A stretch of 59,021 nt of DNA, counting the filler, from Diploschistes diacapsis (Eukaryota), in the NCBI GenBank assembly GCA_023645945.1. It is 6 parts of 6 records of this genome, joined end to end, with 100 filler letters (N's around TTAATTAATTAA, not from the genome) between each part and the next. Parts side by side here need not be neighbours in the genome. Positions count along the whole stretch, not along the records: positions 1 to 28,590 come from JALAIB010000145.1; positions 28,691 to 34,687 come from JALAIB010001452.1; 4 more parts are not named here. One strand, written 5' to 3'. This document shows, one piece after another, positions 16,612 to 29,630 of this stretch (within the stretch, counting starts at the first letter, position 1; every line of letters begins with the position of its first letter). The notes beneath the pieces are model-generated. The model was given only the letters and a program-made list of their open reading frames with translations, was not told the DNA's origin and did not search any database. The translations under genes were made by a program, and so were the position numbers.

Positions 16612-18930
16612 ATGTCGATGATACCACAGAGCTTACCTGACTGGAGGAAGATCGGTTGGCACCTCGGCAAGAAACTACATGACATATTCAATCCTTCCCC
16701 AGACTCCAGTGGCCCTTCAAAGGAGGAGCTCCAAGCACAACGTTTGAGGGACGTCCTGAAAGGATTCGCGTACTTCAATACCTTTGACGAAGTCGAAGCA
16801 TGGAATTTATCGGATGTGGATATGCTTCAACAAGCAAATATACCCTTGGTCGTGCGACCTGCATATATGAATAGTCAGGATTCGGCCTCTGCGCTGAAAG
16901 GAAACCGGACACGGACCTTGCTGTGCCATGATTTCAAAGGTGGCTACGTGGATGCAGAGAGTATAAGGGCCCGTCCGGGCCAAGATTCAATCTATAGCTG
17001 CGAATACCTGCAAAGCGTTCATAGCTTCATATATTTTTCCCATCACCTCGTTACTGTCCCTCCTCCCTCTTGGACGAACTGTCTGCACACGAACGGCGTC
17101 AAGTCTCTAGGTACTTTTATATTAGAGCGCCAAACTCCCGATATCGAACGCCTCCTAGCGTTCGGAAATGGGCATTTTGTTATAGCCCGACAGCTTGCAG
17201 CAATGGCACAAACTTTTGGTTTTGACGGGTGGTTACTGAACTTCGAAAAGGAATTCAATCAAAAATCCACAGACCATATCGTCGATTTCCTCGATGATCT
17301 GAAGCACCAGCTCGGTCAAGACCGCGTATTATTGTGGTACGATGCCCTAGGATCTCACAACAAGATAGAGTATCAGAATGGGCTTACGCCAAAGAACGCC
17401 CAATTTGCACTTAGGGTTGACGGCATCTTCACAAATTATAAGTGGGATTTACAAAAGCTGCATCAATCATGTATGAATGCCGAGATTATGAAACTGCCCA
17501 AAAGTCATATCTTCTTTGGAATTGACGTCTGGGCACAAAACAACAATGATTCCGGGCCTCCACGCATCACCTTCCCAGAGAAGGATGGAGGTGGAACCAA
17601 TACTGGACTCGTGAGCCATATTTCTGCTATCCCATGCTTTCATATACCTTTTCACATCCCACATTCGTTCCGAGCTGCTCGACCTTTGCTAACATTAATC
17701 AAGGCCATGCGGACTTTGGCTGATGCCGATGTTTCTGCCGCTATATTTGCACCTAGTTGGACTCACGAACATTTTTCTGCCAATCTCAGCAACTTCGAAT
17801 CTACCTCAGACGAGGTGAACGAGTCCTTATGGGAAGGTACCATCCTCCCTGATCAATTGGGCTGTGACTGTAACGGAACACCGCACCATACATCAGCCTA
17901 TCGGATGAATTCCATTTTGGAGAGCGCGGTAGAGTATCCCGCAGGTTCCTCAGAGTATTTTCATACCAGTTTTAGCTCTGCTTTGCAAGCGTATCTTCAG
18001 CACTCGTCCGTTACGCCGGAGTTCCACCCCAGACTAGGATTGCAGTCGATATTTCCATCAAAGACTGGGGCGAGCAAATTCGGTGCTAGTTCGGAGCTTT
18101 CTGTAAGCAAAGTCTACAAGCAGCTTCCCGGAAAGACTAGAGGACTGAGACACTCACTGGCCATCAAACTAAAACAATCTTCGCTCAACGCAAGCCATGA
18201 ACCTAGCATTGCTAAGAGACTTCATCGTTTATCTCTCTACAATTTGAACATTAATTATGATAAGCAGCTTCGTCTGAGGCTTGCTTATTCTGTACCTGAA
18301 TCTGCCATTGCGAGCGACGACTTCCTTTGTGGTTTATATGTTTCTTGCGCCAACGAGTTCGGTTCTGATAGACTTGAATATATCCCTTTGAACTTGCAGA
18401 CCCACCTGGTTCATCCTTTTACATATGATTTTGGAGTGCCGTCACCGGATTCTAGAATTACGGAATTGGGGATCTACTGCACAAAGCAACTTGCTGTGGA
18501 GGATGTTGAGCTGTTCAGTTGCCATTCTCTCAGTATCATTCCTAAAGATGCTCTCCTCTGTCCGAAGCCGCACTTTTCCATCTGCAACTTTGAAGTAGTA
18601 GAAGTTGAGATCAACTTTCAGAATGAAAAACGACTGCAATGGGGTTGGACAGGAGACCGAGGCGATTGGCATGACTGTCTGCCATTTAGCAGGCTGACTG
18701 GACCATTTTCTCACTTCTCTATCGCGTTAGATGGAGTGGAAATAGGAATCTCACAAACCCTTGCGTTCCCACTTGAAGAAAGGGATGTTAGGCAAGTTCT
18801 GAAAGGCACAGCTGATGCCGTTGCCTTTACGGTTGAAGGGTTCTGCTTTGCAGACATGACGCTGCATGAGCGTCCGATCGTCTCTGTTACAATAGCAACA
18901 CAAGAGCTTTCATACAAGGCATTGAAATAG
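16612..18930 (+). CDS. Cytosolic endo-beta-N-acetylglucosaminidase (GH85)
   Basis: LLCHDFKGGY, FIYFSHHLVTVPPPSWTNCLHTNGV, catalytic GFDGWLLNFE, IFTNYKW, FGIDVW. Probable in-frame intron at 17611-17703. Confidence 0.9.
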   Translation: MSMIPQSLPDWRKIGWHLGKKLHDIFNPSPDSSGPSKEELQAQRLRDVLKGFAYFNTFDEVEAWNLSDVDMLQQANIPLVVRPAYMNSQDSASALKGNRTRTLLCHDFKGGYVDAESIRARPGQDSIYSCEYLQSVHSFIYFSHHLVTVPPPSWTNCLHTNGVKSLGTFILERQTPDIERLLAFGNGHFVIARQLAAMAQTFGFDGWLLNFEKEFNQKSTDHIVDFLDDLKHQLGQDRVLLWYDALGSHNKIEYQNGLTPKNAQFALRVDGIFTNYKWDLQKLHQSCMNAEIMKLPKSHIFFGIDVWAQNNNDSGPPRITFPEKDGGGTNTGLVSHISAIPCFHIPFHIPHSFRAARPLLTLIKAMRTLADADVSAAIFAPSWTHEHFSANLSNFESTSDEVNESLWEGTILPDQLGCDCNGTPHHTSAYRMNSILESAVEYPAGSSEYFHTSFSSALQAYLQHSSVTPEFHPRLGLQSIFPSKTGASKFGASSELSVSKVYKQLPGKTRGLRHSLAIKLKQSSLNASHEPSIAKRLHRLSLYNLNINYDKQLRLRLAYSVPESAIASDDFLCGLYVSCANEFGSDRLEYIPLNLQTHLVHPFTYDFGVPSPDSRITELGIYCTKQLAVEDVELFSCHSLSIIPKDALLCPKPHFSICNFEVVEVEINFQNEKRLQWGWTGDRGDWHDCLPFSRLTGPFSHFSIALDGVEIGISQTLAFPLEERDVRQVLKGTADAVAFTVEGFCFADMTLHERPIVSVTIATQELSYKALK

Positions 18931-19678
18931 CAAAATTAAACATTCATCACTTCTACTTAAAAGTTCTCTGATGATTGAATGCAGAAAAGAGACATAATGG
19001 GATAAAGGGGGAGGGTTTTCCTGTTTCGGGTGCTGTGGATGATCCTGGTAGACAAAGGCTTGGCCTCAGCTCAACCCTGGGCCTTCCAGCCCTGCAGGAA
19101 GTGCCACAAGAAAGCGGGTCGAACTTGAAGATCCCTCGCTGGTTTATTGTAGACACAACTTAAACCTCCACACCCTCTTACTGGTAGGGCAGTTGGCGTC
19201 AGTCAGTAACGTCTTTTTCTTCTCATTCAATTTACAACTATCTGTCGATCTACACAATTTTCCCAACATGTAGCTGAGGGCTGTCTCGCTTCAGTAAAGC
19301 TGTTGCGGTCTGCCCTGTTGTGGTCTGCCCGGTTGCTCGCTCCGCTCCGCACGATATCCCATCCACACTGGGGACGCTCCGATACTTTGGTGCTCGACTC
19401 CTGTTAAGAGCGTGTTATGGTTAATTAACTAAAAAGGGCTTCTGATCTGGACTGCGCACTAATCTCGACCTGAAAGTGAATACACTGACACCTTGCATGT
19501 GCGGATTGCGTGACCGAATTCAATGGATCCATCTACTCGCTGTGCAAGTTCCCGAGCTATGAGCTAAAGTGAGCTTGAAATTAAACCCTTTGCGCTGAGC
19601 AGAGAACCAAAATTCATATGCTGAAAGCTTCCAGTTCACGTCTAAATTCCGTGTATACTCGGTCGCAACGATCAAACA

Positions 19679-22099
19679 ATGCCCGGTACCTCAAACTACA
19701 GCCGCAACCATACAACATCTACAGCGGAATCTTCACCAACTTCTGAAGATCCAGAACTCCAAGAACTTGACAAGAGATTGAAGCACATAACCGATACCAT
19801 CTTACCTGCGACACCCTATATTCTCAAGCTACGCTCCGAACGTCCCTTCAACCTCAACCCGCATCAAGCGGCAGATTTGATCCGATACACACCTTTTGAT
19901 GCCGGAGAAGAGCAGCTGCAATACCTTAGCTTTTCGGCTACAAACTGGGACGACAGTCTGATCACTCCTGTTGGTGGCTGGGAAGGAGACAGGCCTGATG
20001 AAACAAGTAATTCTCCACACTCACAGAAAATGTTAAGCACAAGCGGTACACCCAAGACCGCAGCGAAGAAAATCTCAATTACAGAGTATAGAAAACGTGC
20101 CGCTGGCCAATCAAGTGTCAATGGAGCATCAGGACCGAAAGATCAAACAAAATCTGAGAAGACAACGCGCGAAGAACGAGGGTCTTCTGGTAGCCAAAGT
20201 AGCATAGCGCCAACGCAAGGGAAGAAGGGACTAAAAAGGTAAGTTTTCCAAGAGAGCAGGCCCGTGGTATGAGTGAGTAGCCGCTAATGACCCTACAACA
20301 GATCGGCTGAGGACCTGAGAGCAGAGGATGCTAAAAACACGCAAAAGTCTCTGGAGCCACAGCCCCTGAAGAAATCCCGAACGTCACTAGAGCCTCCGAC
20401 AGTCCAGAAAAGTAAAGGCACAAGCTCTAGTAGCAAGCTCTCTCTTCCGGGGCCAATATCGCCAACACTTCCACCACTCTTCGAGAAGAGGCTTGCCGAG
20501 TTGGATAATGCAAAGAAGGAGGAACCAGAGCCGAGCAGTCGCGCATCAGGAGTTGCTCTCTCAGTTGATTCGAAATCAAAGAAACCTGCTGAGAAGATAG
20601 GGTCAGAGAAGCCAAAAGAAAGTGGGGGCGCATCACAAAAGCCGTGCAAAGACTCCAAAGCCATCGAAGGTAAAAGGGTGGAGCTTGAAGGGGCAGGGAA
20701 GCCTCTATCGAATGGAGTAACGAAATCGGCTACCGGTAGAGAGGCCAAAGGCAACAGCGCAGAGCCAACTGCTTCCAGGTCTGGGCTAACGCGGGTCAAG
20801 CCAAGCTCCCAAGCTACGGAAATTCAGTCACAAAGTGAGCAGAAGCAGAGAGAGTCCAAGTTGCTTAAGCTCAAGATCCCGCGAGCGCTCAGGAAAAGTG
20901 TTTCTCGTATCCTTCAATTGAAGCCCAAATCGGAAAGTTCGCTGAAGGCTAGAGCGGCAGAGAGTTCCAAGAGAGTACCCTCGAAACCTTTGGATCGCGA
21001 TGCTCGTCCCGCCTCATCCAAAGACCGGGATGGAGCAGGGTTGAAAGAAGGGGACGGCCGACAACGCGAGAGGGCGAGATCTACGACAATAGATTTGAAT
21101 AGCAGAGCGAGTGAGAAGAGGCATCGACAAGATATCGATCCTGACCCGAGCCAATCCCAAAGCAAACGACAGAAGCATCGCGAGTCCAAGAGCCCTTCCG
21201 CATTTAGGTCGCCTGTATTGGCAAATCGCGGAGGCCTGAAAAAGCCAAGGGATATTACTCCAAGTACCTCTGTCAGGGAAGAAGCCGTCGGCACTCCCCA
21301 AGGCTTGATAAGAAATGGCACTCCTGCTGCTCCTAACAGCGTGGAACGGTCCGGGAAAGATACTCGACATACCCCGTCAGCGTCGAGTGGCTCTTATTCA
21401 ACCTCGATAGAGGCGCATGATGCGTTGAAGCATGAGCAGGCAAAATACTTCGAACTAGGGAAGTCGCTTAAGAAGGAGAGTGATCGTATCTACAAAGCCG
21501 ACCGGGATCCAATTCCCCCATCGCCAGTCATGAAGAAGTACCTTGCCATCCGCCTCGAAATCACGCTGGCATTCATGCTCGCCTACGTGGTAGGGGACGA
21601 AATGCGGCGCATCGAGCGAGCACCGCTTAGGTTCGAGGCGACTTGGGCGACCCTGTTCCAGTGGATACAGAAGCTCCAGGAGCAAACGACGGAATACAAA
21701 TACCTCCGGGGGCTCAGCCTCCAGCTCGAAGCCATCATCCACATGGTCGCGTGGAACATCGAGAGCGAGCACGCGGCGTCGGTGGGGTTCGAGAAGCCAG
21801 AAAGCGCCAAGGCGCTCAAGCGGCGCTACGATGAAGTGCAACGCATGCTGATCGAGGGATCAGCCCTACTCTCCGTGGACGACCTGCAGGTGGAGTTTCC
21901 CCGGACGTGGCGCGCAAAGGCGCGTGCGCCGCTTGCGCACTCCCCGTCAAGGCTTACCAGCGCCGGGCTCGGTGGCGACTTCTATCTGCCCATCACGGGC
22001 ATCACTTTGCCCATTGAGGCTGTTAGGGCTGGCAGGAGCTTGCTGGGCGAATGGTGCAAGATGGAGGGTGTGGAGTGGACTCCAAGGTTGAACTTCTAG
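19679..22099 (+). CDS. Nuclear S/K/P-rich protein with a helical C-terminal domain, probably ELL-binding protein Ebp1/AF4-like
   Basis: Two exons (intron about 20239-20301). A KKISITEYRKR motif and long low-complexity region precede a helical domain (YFELGKSLKKESD..LEITLAFMLAY..W..L..LRGLSLQLEAII). The family call is from recall. Confidence 0.55.
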
Positions 22100-23988
22100 G
22101 CTGAGGCTGGAACACATATCGGGTCAGGATCTGGGATGGTGATGATTGGACATACTACGACATGGTTTTTGGGAGTTCAGCGGGCTTCTTTCAGCGATCG
22201 GACGGGATGGAGCGGAACGGAACACGACAGGGACGGCTTATGAGGTCTGCTTTTTGGTGTAGTATGGAGGGCTATTGAGATTTTTTTTGTCTGCCTGCTT
22301 CTTTTTTATGATCCCCCGGCCATGTCTGCGATATAGCAACGGTCATGCGAAAATGTATTATCACGACTAGTTTTTGAGGTGATGTTGAAATTCGAGGTAT
22401 CTGAGACTTTTTTTGCCGGGTCAGGCTGTTCATGTCGTTGCAGGGGTCTTGTGTGTCGTGCTTCAGGCCGCACTGGCTCTGCTTCACTTGTACGGACATG
22501 GAATCTAATCCCCCTCATCTCGATGCATATTCGGCTGCTTCCGGCTCAAGACAGTACTGGGTAAATCACCTCGGCTGTTCCTCAATCCGCAATCGAGCAT
22601 TGTACTAGAATGGGGATTCCAAGTGTAGCGTAGCATCCGGCTTTTTCTTCAGCTTTACTTTCTAGAGCGATTGGCCGGTCCTTTGATAGCTGTGCAACCC
22701 GAAATCAATAATACGACTCGCAACTTGGGATCGTGTGAATGCCCCTCCGCGTTTTGGACCTCCCTCCAGCCGGCTACATGTAGCTAGCACAGGCTTCAGG
22801 TTGTGCGAATGGTCCTCAGAGCCCTCGGCGTGTTTGCATCCTTGTCCGTAAACGTATAGCTGTACATGCGTGAGCGTTGTATGTGTGTGTAGGCTCGCCT
22901 GCCCGGACGGCCCATCTCGATGTGGAAGGGAAACACCAGTAGGTTGCGATGACTTCTCTTTCGTGGGCTTCCGCTAAGTCAAACTAGAGCATACATTGTG
23001 TGGGTGCATGTCCTCTTTTCCACGGGGCGAGTTCCACGAACGTTATAAGCTTGTACGCTCTCGTAATAGAAAGCCCTTCCGGCCCTAAGCGAGGAAGAAA
23101 ATCACGCAGAGTCTCTAATCAAGTTTGGCAGACGCTTTGATCGATCGCTTTGGTCAGTTAATGGACTAGCAGGGACTGGGGACTAGGAACACTGGAGGGG
23201 CGTTCTGCTTGCGGCAAGTGATGCTCCATTCGGATTCAGACTCTACATTGTAGATAGATAACGTCTGGTATGGTTTCCCCCCCCCATCTTGCGGAAATTC
23301 ACAGCCTCACAAAGTTGCAGTGTGGTCTCAGACAAGCACTTGGTTGGCTGCGCATACAGTACTCTGAAGTGTCACGACAAGAACTTAGGCACTTGATGAT
23401 TGCCCCAGCATTCCAGATCTGTGACGATGATAGCAATGGAAGGTCTATGGTAAAATGGCGATGAGCACATCTTCTCGAACCCAGTATGAAAACCACTCTT
23501 TCTTTCTCGCCTTGCGCAGCTACATCCTTGTTACGCTTGCTTTCATTCGTCGAGACCTCGTATTGTATGTCAAGCCATTTTCGATTTCCAAATCCGGGGG
23601 TCACAAGAGTGGATGAAGTTAGATGTTTCCCCAGAATGACGGATGAGGCACTTTAAGTTCACCCACTTTGTCCATCATCGCCATTCCATCCATACGGGGA
23701 CCTCACATCTCTTGCATTTTTCAGAACAACCACCGAGGCAACATTCCAGCGTCGAGCGGGGGCTGCTAGCTTTGCATAGGATTTTTGATGTCATCGAGTC
23801 GGCAATGCCCCTGAATAGGGACGTGTCGCATGGTAATTTCTGTATGTCTAGCGTTGGGGGGTTTACTTCCCCATCATATATAATCATGCCTAATCATTCA
23901 GTTGTTTGCGTTTAATCACCTGGAGCGAAATCTTTGCTTTGGATATCGTCTTCGTGTTTTCTATTCCTTACTGTCTTATTGCTACACC

Positions 23989-25369
23989 ATGAGGTACCAG
24001 CAGGCTTTGGTTGCCGCCTGTGTAGGTCGACTGGCCGCGGCCTTTCCTCGCATGCCAATCCCTGCGATGGAGAAGCGAGCCATGATCGAAGGAAGAGACG
24101 ACCCTCCTGCTTCTGGTGTACCCATCCCAGACCCAGCTCAAGTCGCAGGAATTTTCAACGCAGAGCTCCAGTATGTCAGCAACGCAGGAGCACACGCCTT
24201 TGTTGCACCAGGCGAAGGCGATCAGCGTGGACCATGTCCGGGTTTGAATGCTATGGCCAACCACAACTACATCCCACATAACGGCATTGCTACTATAGAA
24301 GTATGTTGACCACATGCCATCCCGCAGCCTAATATCTGACGAGCTTCAGCAATTCATGAACGGAACTTACGAGGTGTTTGGTATGGGCGTAGACTTGGGT
24401 GCTCTCCTTGCCGTGTACGGAGCTGTCCAAGACGGAGATCTGACCAGTTGGTCCATTGGCGGCCCGCCCGCAGTTCTCGGCCTAGGCGGCAATGGCCTCA
24501 TTGGCTCGCACAACAAGTACGAGTCTGACGTTTCACCAACGCGGCCTGATCTCTACGAGTACGGCAACAACTACGAGGTCGAGATGTCCCAATGGGAGGC
24601 GCTGTATGCCAAGCAGTCGAGCCTGCCAAACGACCAATCCAACTACAACCTTGCGGTGCTGCAGGAATTCCGCGTCGAGCGCTTCAACCAGTCCATCAGC
24701 AACAACCCATACTTCTTCAACGCACCCTTCACCGGTATTGGTGTGCAGCCTGCGGCTTACACGTTCATCTACCGCTTCATGGCCAACAAATCCGCAGAAC
24801 ATCCCGACGGCGTCCTGACCCAGGACGTTATCAAGTCATTCTTCGGCATCACGGAGAACCCGGACGGTTCCTTTTCTGGTGGATTGGGCCAGGAGAGGAT
24901 CCCAGACAACTGGTACAAGCGCGCCATCGGCGACGAGTACACCATACCGTTCTTCATCCTCGATCTCAACTATGAAGCATTGCAGCATCCTCAGTTCCTA
25001 GATATCGGCGGCAACACCGGCACAACGAATTCCTTCGTGGGTGTTGACGTCACAGACCTGACGAGCGGCGTCTACAATAGCGAGACGCTGCTGCAGGGTA
25101 ACAATCTGTTCTGCCTTGGGTATCAGACGGCGCAGGAGGGCTTGATGGACCAGCTCGAGGCCCTCGGTGGCACGTTGACGCAACTCATTGGCCAGATCAG
25201 CCCGCAGGCCGCTACCGCCATCACCAACCTAGGCTGCCCGGTAAGTTTTGGTTGATGGAGTTAACATGGCTACGATAGGGCTGACGCGTTATTGTAGCAA
25301 CTCCAGAACATCCAAACCAGCATGCTCTCGCAGTTCCCTGGGTATACTAAGGGAGGGGGTATCTTGTAG
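23989..25369 (+). CDS. Secreted heme-thiolate peroxidase / unspecific peroxygenase (chloroperoxidase family)
   Basis: Signal peptide MRYQQALVAACVGRLAAA; proximal Cys motif RGPCPGLNAMANH; SHNKYESDVSPTRPD; ERIPDNWYKR. Introns 24301-24348 and 25241-25297. Confidence 0.92.
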
Positions 25370-26058
25370 TGTTAAATGGTCACGATGCGCGTCTCCTAGC
25401 AGCGCATTCCACTGCCAGAACGCTTGGGGCCAGTGCTCGTTTCTTGTATATAATCCTGAGTTTTGGTACCATCCAGAGTTTGACCCTGATGAGGTGGAGG
25501 AAAACATGGTAAATGACTATGCTTGATGATAAATGTCTAATGCAAGCCTTGACACTTTGACGAGGGACTGGCGTATGGTTTGCGTGAGATGAATGGAGTA
25601 AACGACGAGTACAGCTCTTTAAAAGGCGTGGCAGAGCAGCAAACCTCTGGGTAAAACTCTGCTAGAAAAATCGTAGAGACCGTAATAATGATCGAAGGAG
25701 AACGACGATACTGTGAGAAAGTTGAAGATAGACGAGTAGGTGTGTACAAGAAAGTAGATATTGGGTACCGGCCTGCATGGACGAGGAATGCCAAGAATTA
25801 CTAACCACCAGCCACTTTCTGTAACGCGTTTTTGCGGTGATCAACACCTCCTCTCCGCGATCCAAAAAGTTTCCAGAAGCGTGTTTCCCAAAGCGCCGAC
25901 CTTTTTCTTAAGACTTCTTGGTCCAGCTTTCTAGAGAGAAGTTGTCTCGAGCTGCTTGAGTGTCAAACCTGCATATGTGTGTTTATTCAAGGTTGATGAC
26001 ACTCGATATCGATATTGCCATCTGAACAATTCCGCACAAGCAAGCCTGGTATCGTATT

Positions 26059-28590
26059 ATGGCGCCCTCGGCTCGTAATCGCCGGCAGGCGGACTACTCC
26101 AACGTGGGCGTTGCAGGCAGGTGAGCGTGAATTGAGCCCTTAAAGGTGGAATTCATAAGCTTACAGAACCCAGAAAAACTGGTATCACCTTGAAAGACAC
26201 TGGGTTACGGGATGAACAGGGCATGGCGCCCATTGAGGGGATCTTCTCTTCGCCAGAGAAACCCCGTAACTCACCGCAGAAGCCGAGCAGTAGCAGCAAT
26301 GGAAAAATGGCGGAGAGCAAGACCATGACCGAAGAAGAGATGGAGTTGACGACAAGTACGTTCCGGTTGATATCGCTCAAAGGTAGCTCATGGCTTACTC
26401 GACTGTCCAGATTCTCTTCCAGAGCCAGCTCCAGTGCTTGGCGCGCAACGGTCTTTGCCGCCGCGGTCACGCTCACCCATCAAAACTTCAATCGGTTCGC
26501 CTCGGAAATCGCTAGGCGGATCTCCGGCGAAATTGGGAGGAACGGTATCTTCACCACCGTCAAGGCTACGTAACGGAACCCCTAGTCGGGTCATGGCGCA
26601 AGACGATCCAAGCTCTATTATGGATATAGCTACCGAAGGCCTTGCCCAATCGATCGAACGATCGCCGCAGAGATCGAAAGAGAGGCGAACCCTCATATCA
26701 CCCTCAGTATTAGTGAAAGTTACTAAAACCAAGCAGCCAATAAAAAAAGGGAAAAAGAGGGTCTTCGACGTCCGCGCTAATGCAGATGATGATGATGGAT
26801 TCAACACGACAATAGATAGTTTAGCAGAGCAAGAACCGAGTTTGCAGCAAAGCCCGGAGAATGAACCAATTATCAACGGATATGCTTCATTGGAGATTCC
26901 GCCGGACGATAACGATACAAGCCAGCAAGAAGCGACGAAATTAGCTTCGGCAGCGCAGCAGCCCGCTGCAAAGGGCGCAAAAGGAAAGCGAGGCAGACCA
27001 AAGGCGGCAGGAGAACCAAAGCAAACCGCATCGAATAAGGGCAAGTCAACTACGACGATTGGGGAACAATCAGAAATCGAACCCCCATCAACAATGGACG
27101 AATCTACCAAAGACGCCCCCCAAAAGCGCAGCCGCGGCCGCCCGCGAAAGGCCAAGCAAGATGTTTTCCGCGAGCCTTCCCAACCCGTCGAAGAGGGCCC
27201 CAGCAAGCCCGCCAAACGGGCCAAAAAAGACACCAAGGCCCCTGCATCAACTGCTTCTCCAGCTCCAAAGAAACGGCCACCTCCCTCGGCGCGCAACCCC
27301 AATGCGCAAATCACCTCCTCCAGCAAAGCCAGTAAAGCTAAACCCAAAGCCCCTGTCGACGAACCACCAGCGAAGCCTAAATCCAAAGCTCCCTCCCCAA
27401 CAGTGGCCCCAACTCCTCTTCTTACAGCCACATCAACCGAGCGCGGCAAACCGAAACCTCGCTCCCTGCAAATCCTCCGCTCCACGACCCCAGCGGACGC
27501 GGATGGCGCGCGCTTGACACGCTCGGGCCGCACGACGATCAAGCCGATCGAGTACTGGCGCGGAGAGAGGATCGTATGGACAAAGCCAAAGGCGTCCACT
27601 GAGGGGAGAGTAAGCTTGCCCGGGATACAGGAGATTGTGAGGGCAGAGGATTTGCCGGACGAGAGGAGGGCGAGGACGCCGAGGAAGGCCGGGAGCTCGA
27701 AGCGTCGGAGAAGGGCAAGGGGCACCAGGTGGCTGGAGGAGGACAGTGAAGAGGAGGAGGCTCTTGCGGAAGAGTGGGAGCTGGAGCAAGGGGTGTTGGA
27801 GGCCGAGGTATGGCAGTGGGACGCGAAGCGAGAGCGGGCGAGCGAGGAGATGCTGGAGCAGATCGGTACGTTCACAAAATACCCCCTTTCCCTCGTTGTG
27901 TTATCCTTCTTTCTTCCCTACACCCCCCGAACGCGGCTAACGAGAAGCTCCACAGACCTCGCCATAGCCCCGAAGGGCCTGTCGGCGTTGACGAAGGAAG
28001 TCAAGAACCAGAACTTCGAGTACGCGAAGACCATCACCCTGCCCTTCTTCCACTCCGGCATGGTCGACATCCCGCCCGGCGGCGAAAAGCGCACCAGGAA
28101 TTCGCGCAAGAACCACATGATCTTCTGGGTGTTCGCGGGCCGTGTCGTCGTCGACGTGAGCGGGAACGTGTTTGGCGTGGGCCGGGGCGGGATGTGGCAG
28201 GTTCCGAGGGGTACGTAATACTTCTTACCTGCCTCTAACCTGATTCCCTTTTATTCTTTTCTCTCTCCCTCTCTCTCTCTCACTTCCTCTGCGGAATGCT
28301 TCGCCCCGAGCTCGACGCTTGGGGAGCTGGGGAGAAGACACCAAAAACACCACTCCGCATGCATATAGCCTCCACCGACCAAGGACATGTGCTAACTTTT
28401 TCCTTGCGTCTCTCCAGGCAACACATACAGCGTCGTGAACCCAAACGACAGGCCGGCCCGCGTCTTCTTCGCGCAGGGCTGCTACATGACGGAAGAGGAG
28501 GGCGCCGAGTTCGAGGAGGCGGAGCGCGAGAGGCAGCGCTTCGCGGAGGAAGAGGAGGGGGACGGCGAAGGGCACGGGGCAGGGGAGGTG
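26059..28590 (+). CDS. MIF2: Inner kinetochore protein Mif2/CENP-C (3' end cut by the spacer)
   Basis: Mif2_N (YSNVGVAGR|KTGITLKDTGLRDEQGMAPIEGIFSSP), AT-hook-like RGRPK/RGRPR, CENP-C motif RSGRTTIKPIEYWRGERI, and a cupin (FFHSGMVDIPPGGEK..MWQVPRG|NTYSVVN..ARVFFAQGC). Confidence 0.93.
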
Positions 28591-28690
28591 NNNNNNNNNN
28601 NNNNNNNNNNNNNNNNNNNNNNNNNNNNNNNNNNTTAATTAATTAANNNNNNNNNNNNNNNNNNNNNNNNNNNNNNNNNNNNNNNNNNNN
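28591..28690. other. Artificial contig spacer (N44-TTAATTAATTAA-N44)
   Basis: Identical 100-nt linker with stops in all six frames, present five times. Confidence 0.98.
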
Positions 28691-29006
28691 CCTCCACTGC
28701 CCCCCCGCACAGAGAACCCAGCCTGCCCCCTTCGAAGACCGACGTCCCGCACGTGCCGCAGAAATTGCGACTGAGCTCCTCGCCGCCGGGCACGCTGTAT
28801 GCTTCCGACCTGCCCGTGATCGTCAACGCCGTACAAGTCCCGAGGCAGGTGATGGCGAGCAGGCCGGAGGCGTGGCGGCAGGTGTAGCAGTGGCAGAGGT
28901 AGAGCTCGATCGGGAGCTTGCTGTTGGGGATCTGCGTGGAGGCCGAGAGCTGGCCGCAGAGGCACGACGCTCGGACTTCGGTGGCCGGCTCGGGAGGAGC
29001 TTCCAT
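28691..29006 (-). CDS. GFA/Mss4-like (CENP-V family) zinc protein, partial
   Basis: ASCLCG..LCHCYTCRHASG..RNFCGTCGTSVF; runs into the spacer. Confidence 0.85.
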
Positions 29007-29630
29007 CTTTTCAAAAAATGTCGGTTTGGTCGCTTAAGCGAGGCGCAATTCGTGGCCAGAGACACAAAAGTGGGGGGAGCTTAAGGGAGGGAGGGGGAAG
29101 GGCTCGATTCGGTAGTGGGTGCCTTCCCTGATTGACGTTTGAAAGATCTACGAAAAGGCTACCTAAATAGTAACAAATTGATACAAGACCATCACGTAAC
29201 CTAGGAACGTAAATACACCTGATATCGCATCTTCAGATAAGGTTTATCATTTAACAAGAGTTTCCAGTTTGCTTCTGGAGACTCTCCCCGCATTCGGCCC
29301 TTCATAGGATAAAATTTCGTCCACATCCCTTTCCTCTATCGCCTTGGTTGGACCAAGAAATAATTGGCATTAAAGATAGAAGCATAGCAGCATCTGGCGC
29401 AGATCGGTGGTTTTGACCAACAAGCGGACTTCCTGGGAACACCCACGTCCAATCTAAAGAACACTGCCACGCCTGCAGGATCCTTCTCCATGGCTGGCAT
29501 CAATGGGAAAGATTGAAAACGCGCAAAGAAGGGGGACTCGGGCATCTTTACTCCACAGTGGTCAAACCGCGCGGTTTGTAAGAATCACTTGCATCACGTC
29601 CTGTGTCATACTCCCAATCGACGGATACAG

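Noticed and set aside
17611..17703. Apparent insertion in the GH85 protein (also in-frame inserts in MIF2 and the AsaB-like ORF)
   Set aside because: These are ordinary stop-free introns with GT..CTAAC/CTGAC..AG signals.
22100..23900. Long intergenic region scanned for tRNA, snRNA or riboswitch
   Set aside because: No cloverleaf, A/B box or other RNA motif that I could support by eye.
26388..27875. 495-aa antisense ORF, and similar long antisense ORFs over LID2, the spartin-like gene and the acyl-CoA dehydrogenase
   Set aside because: These are shadows of real genes on the opposite strand with no recognisable motifs.
28635..28646. Recurrent TTAATTAATTAA palindrome as a biological repeat or CRISPR-like array
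   Set aside because: It is a synthetic six-frame stop linker embedded in N runs.
26059..29006. CENP-C next to a CENP-V/GFA-family gene as a 'centromere gene pair'
   Set aside because: They are separated by an artificial spacer and lie on different contigs.
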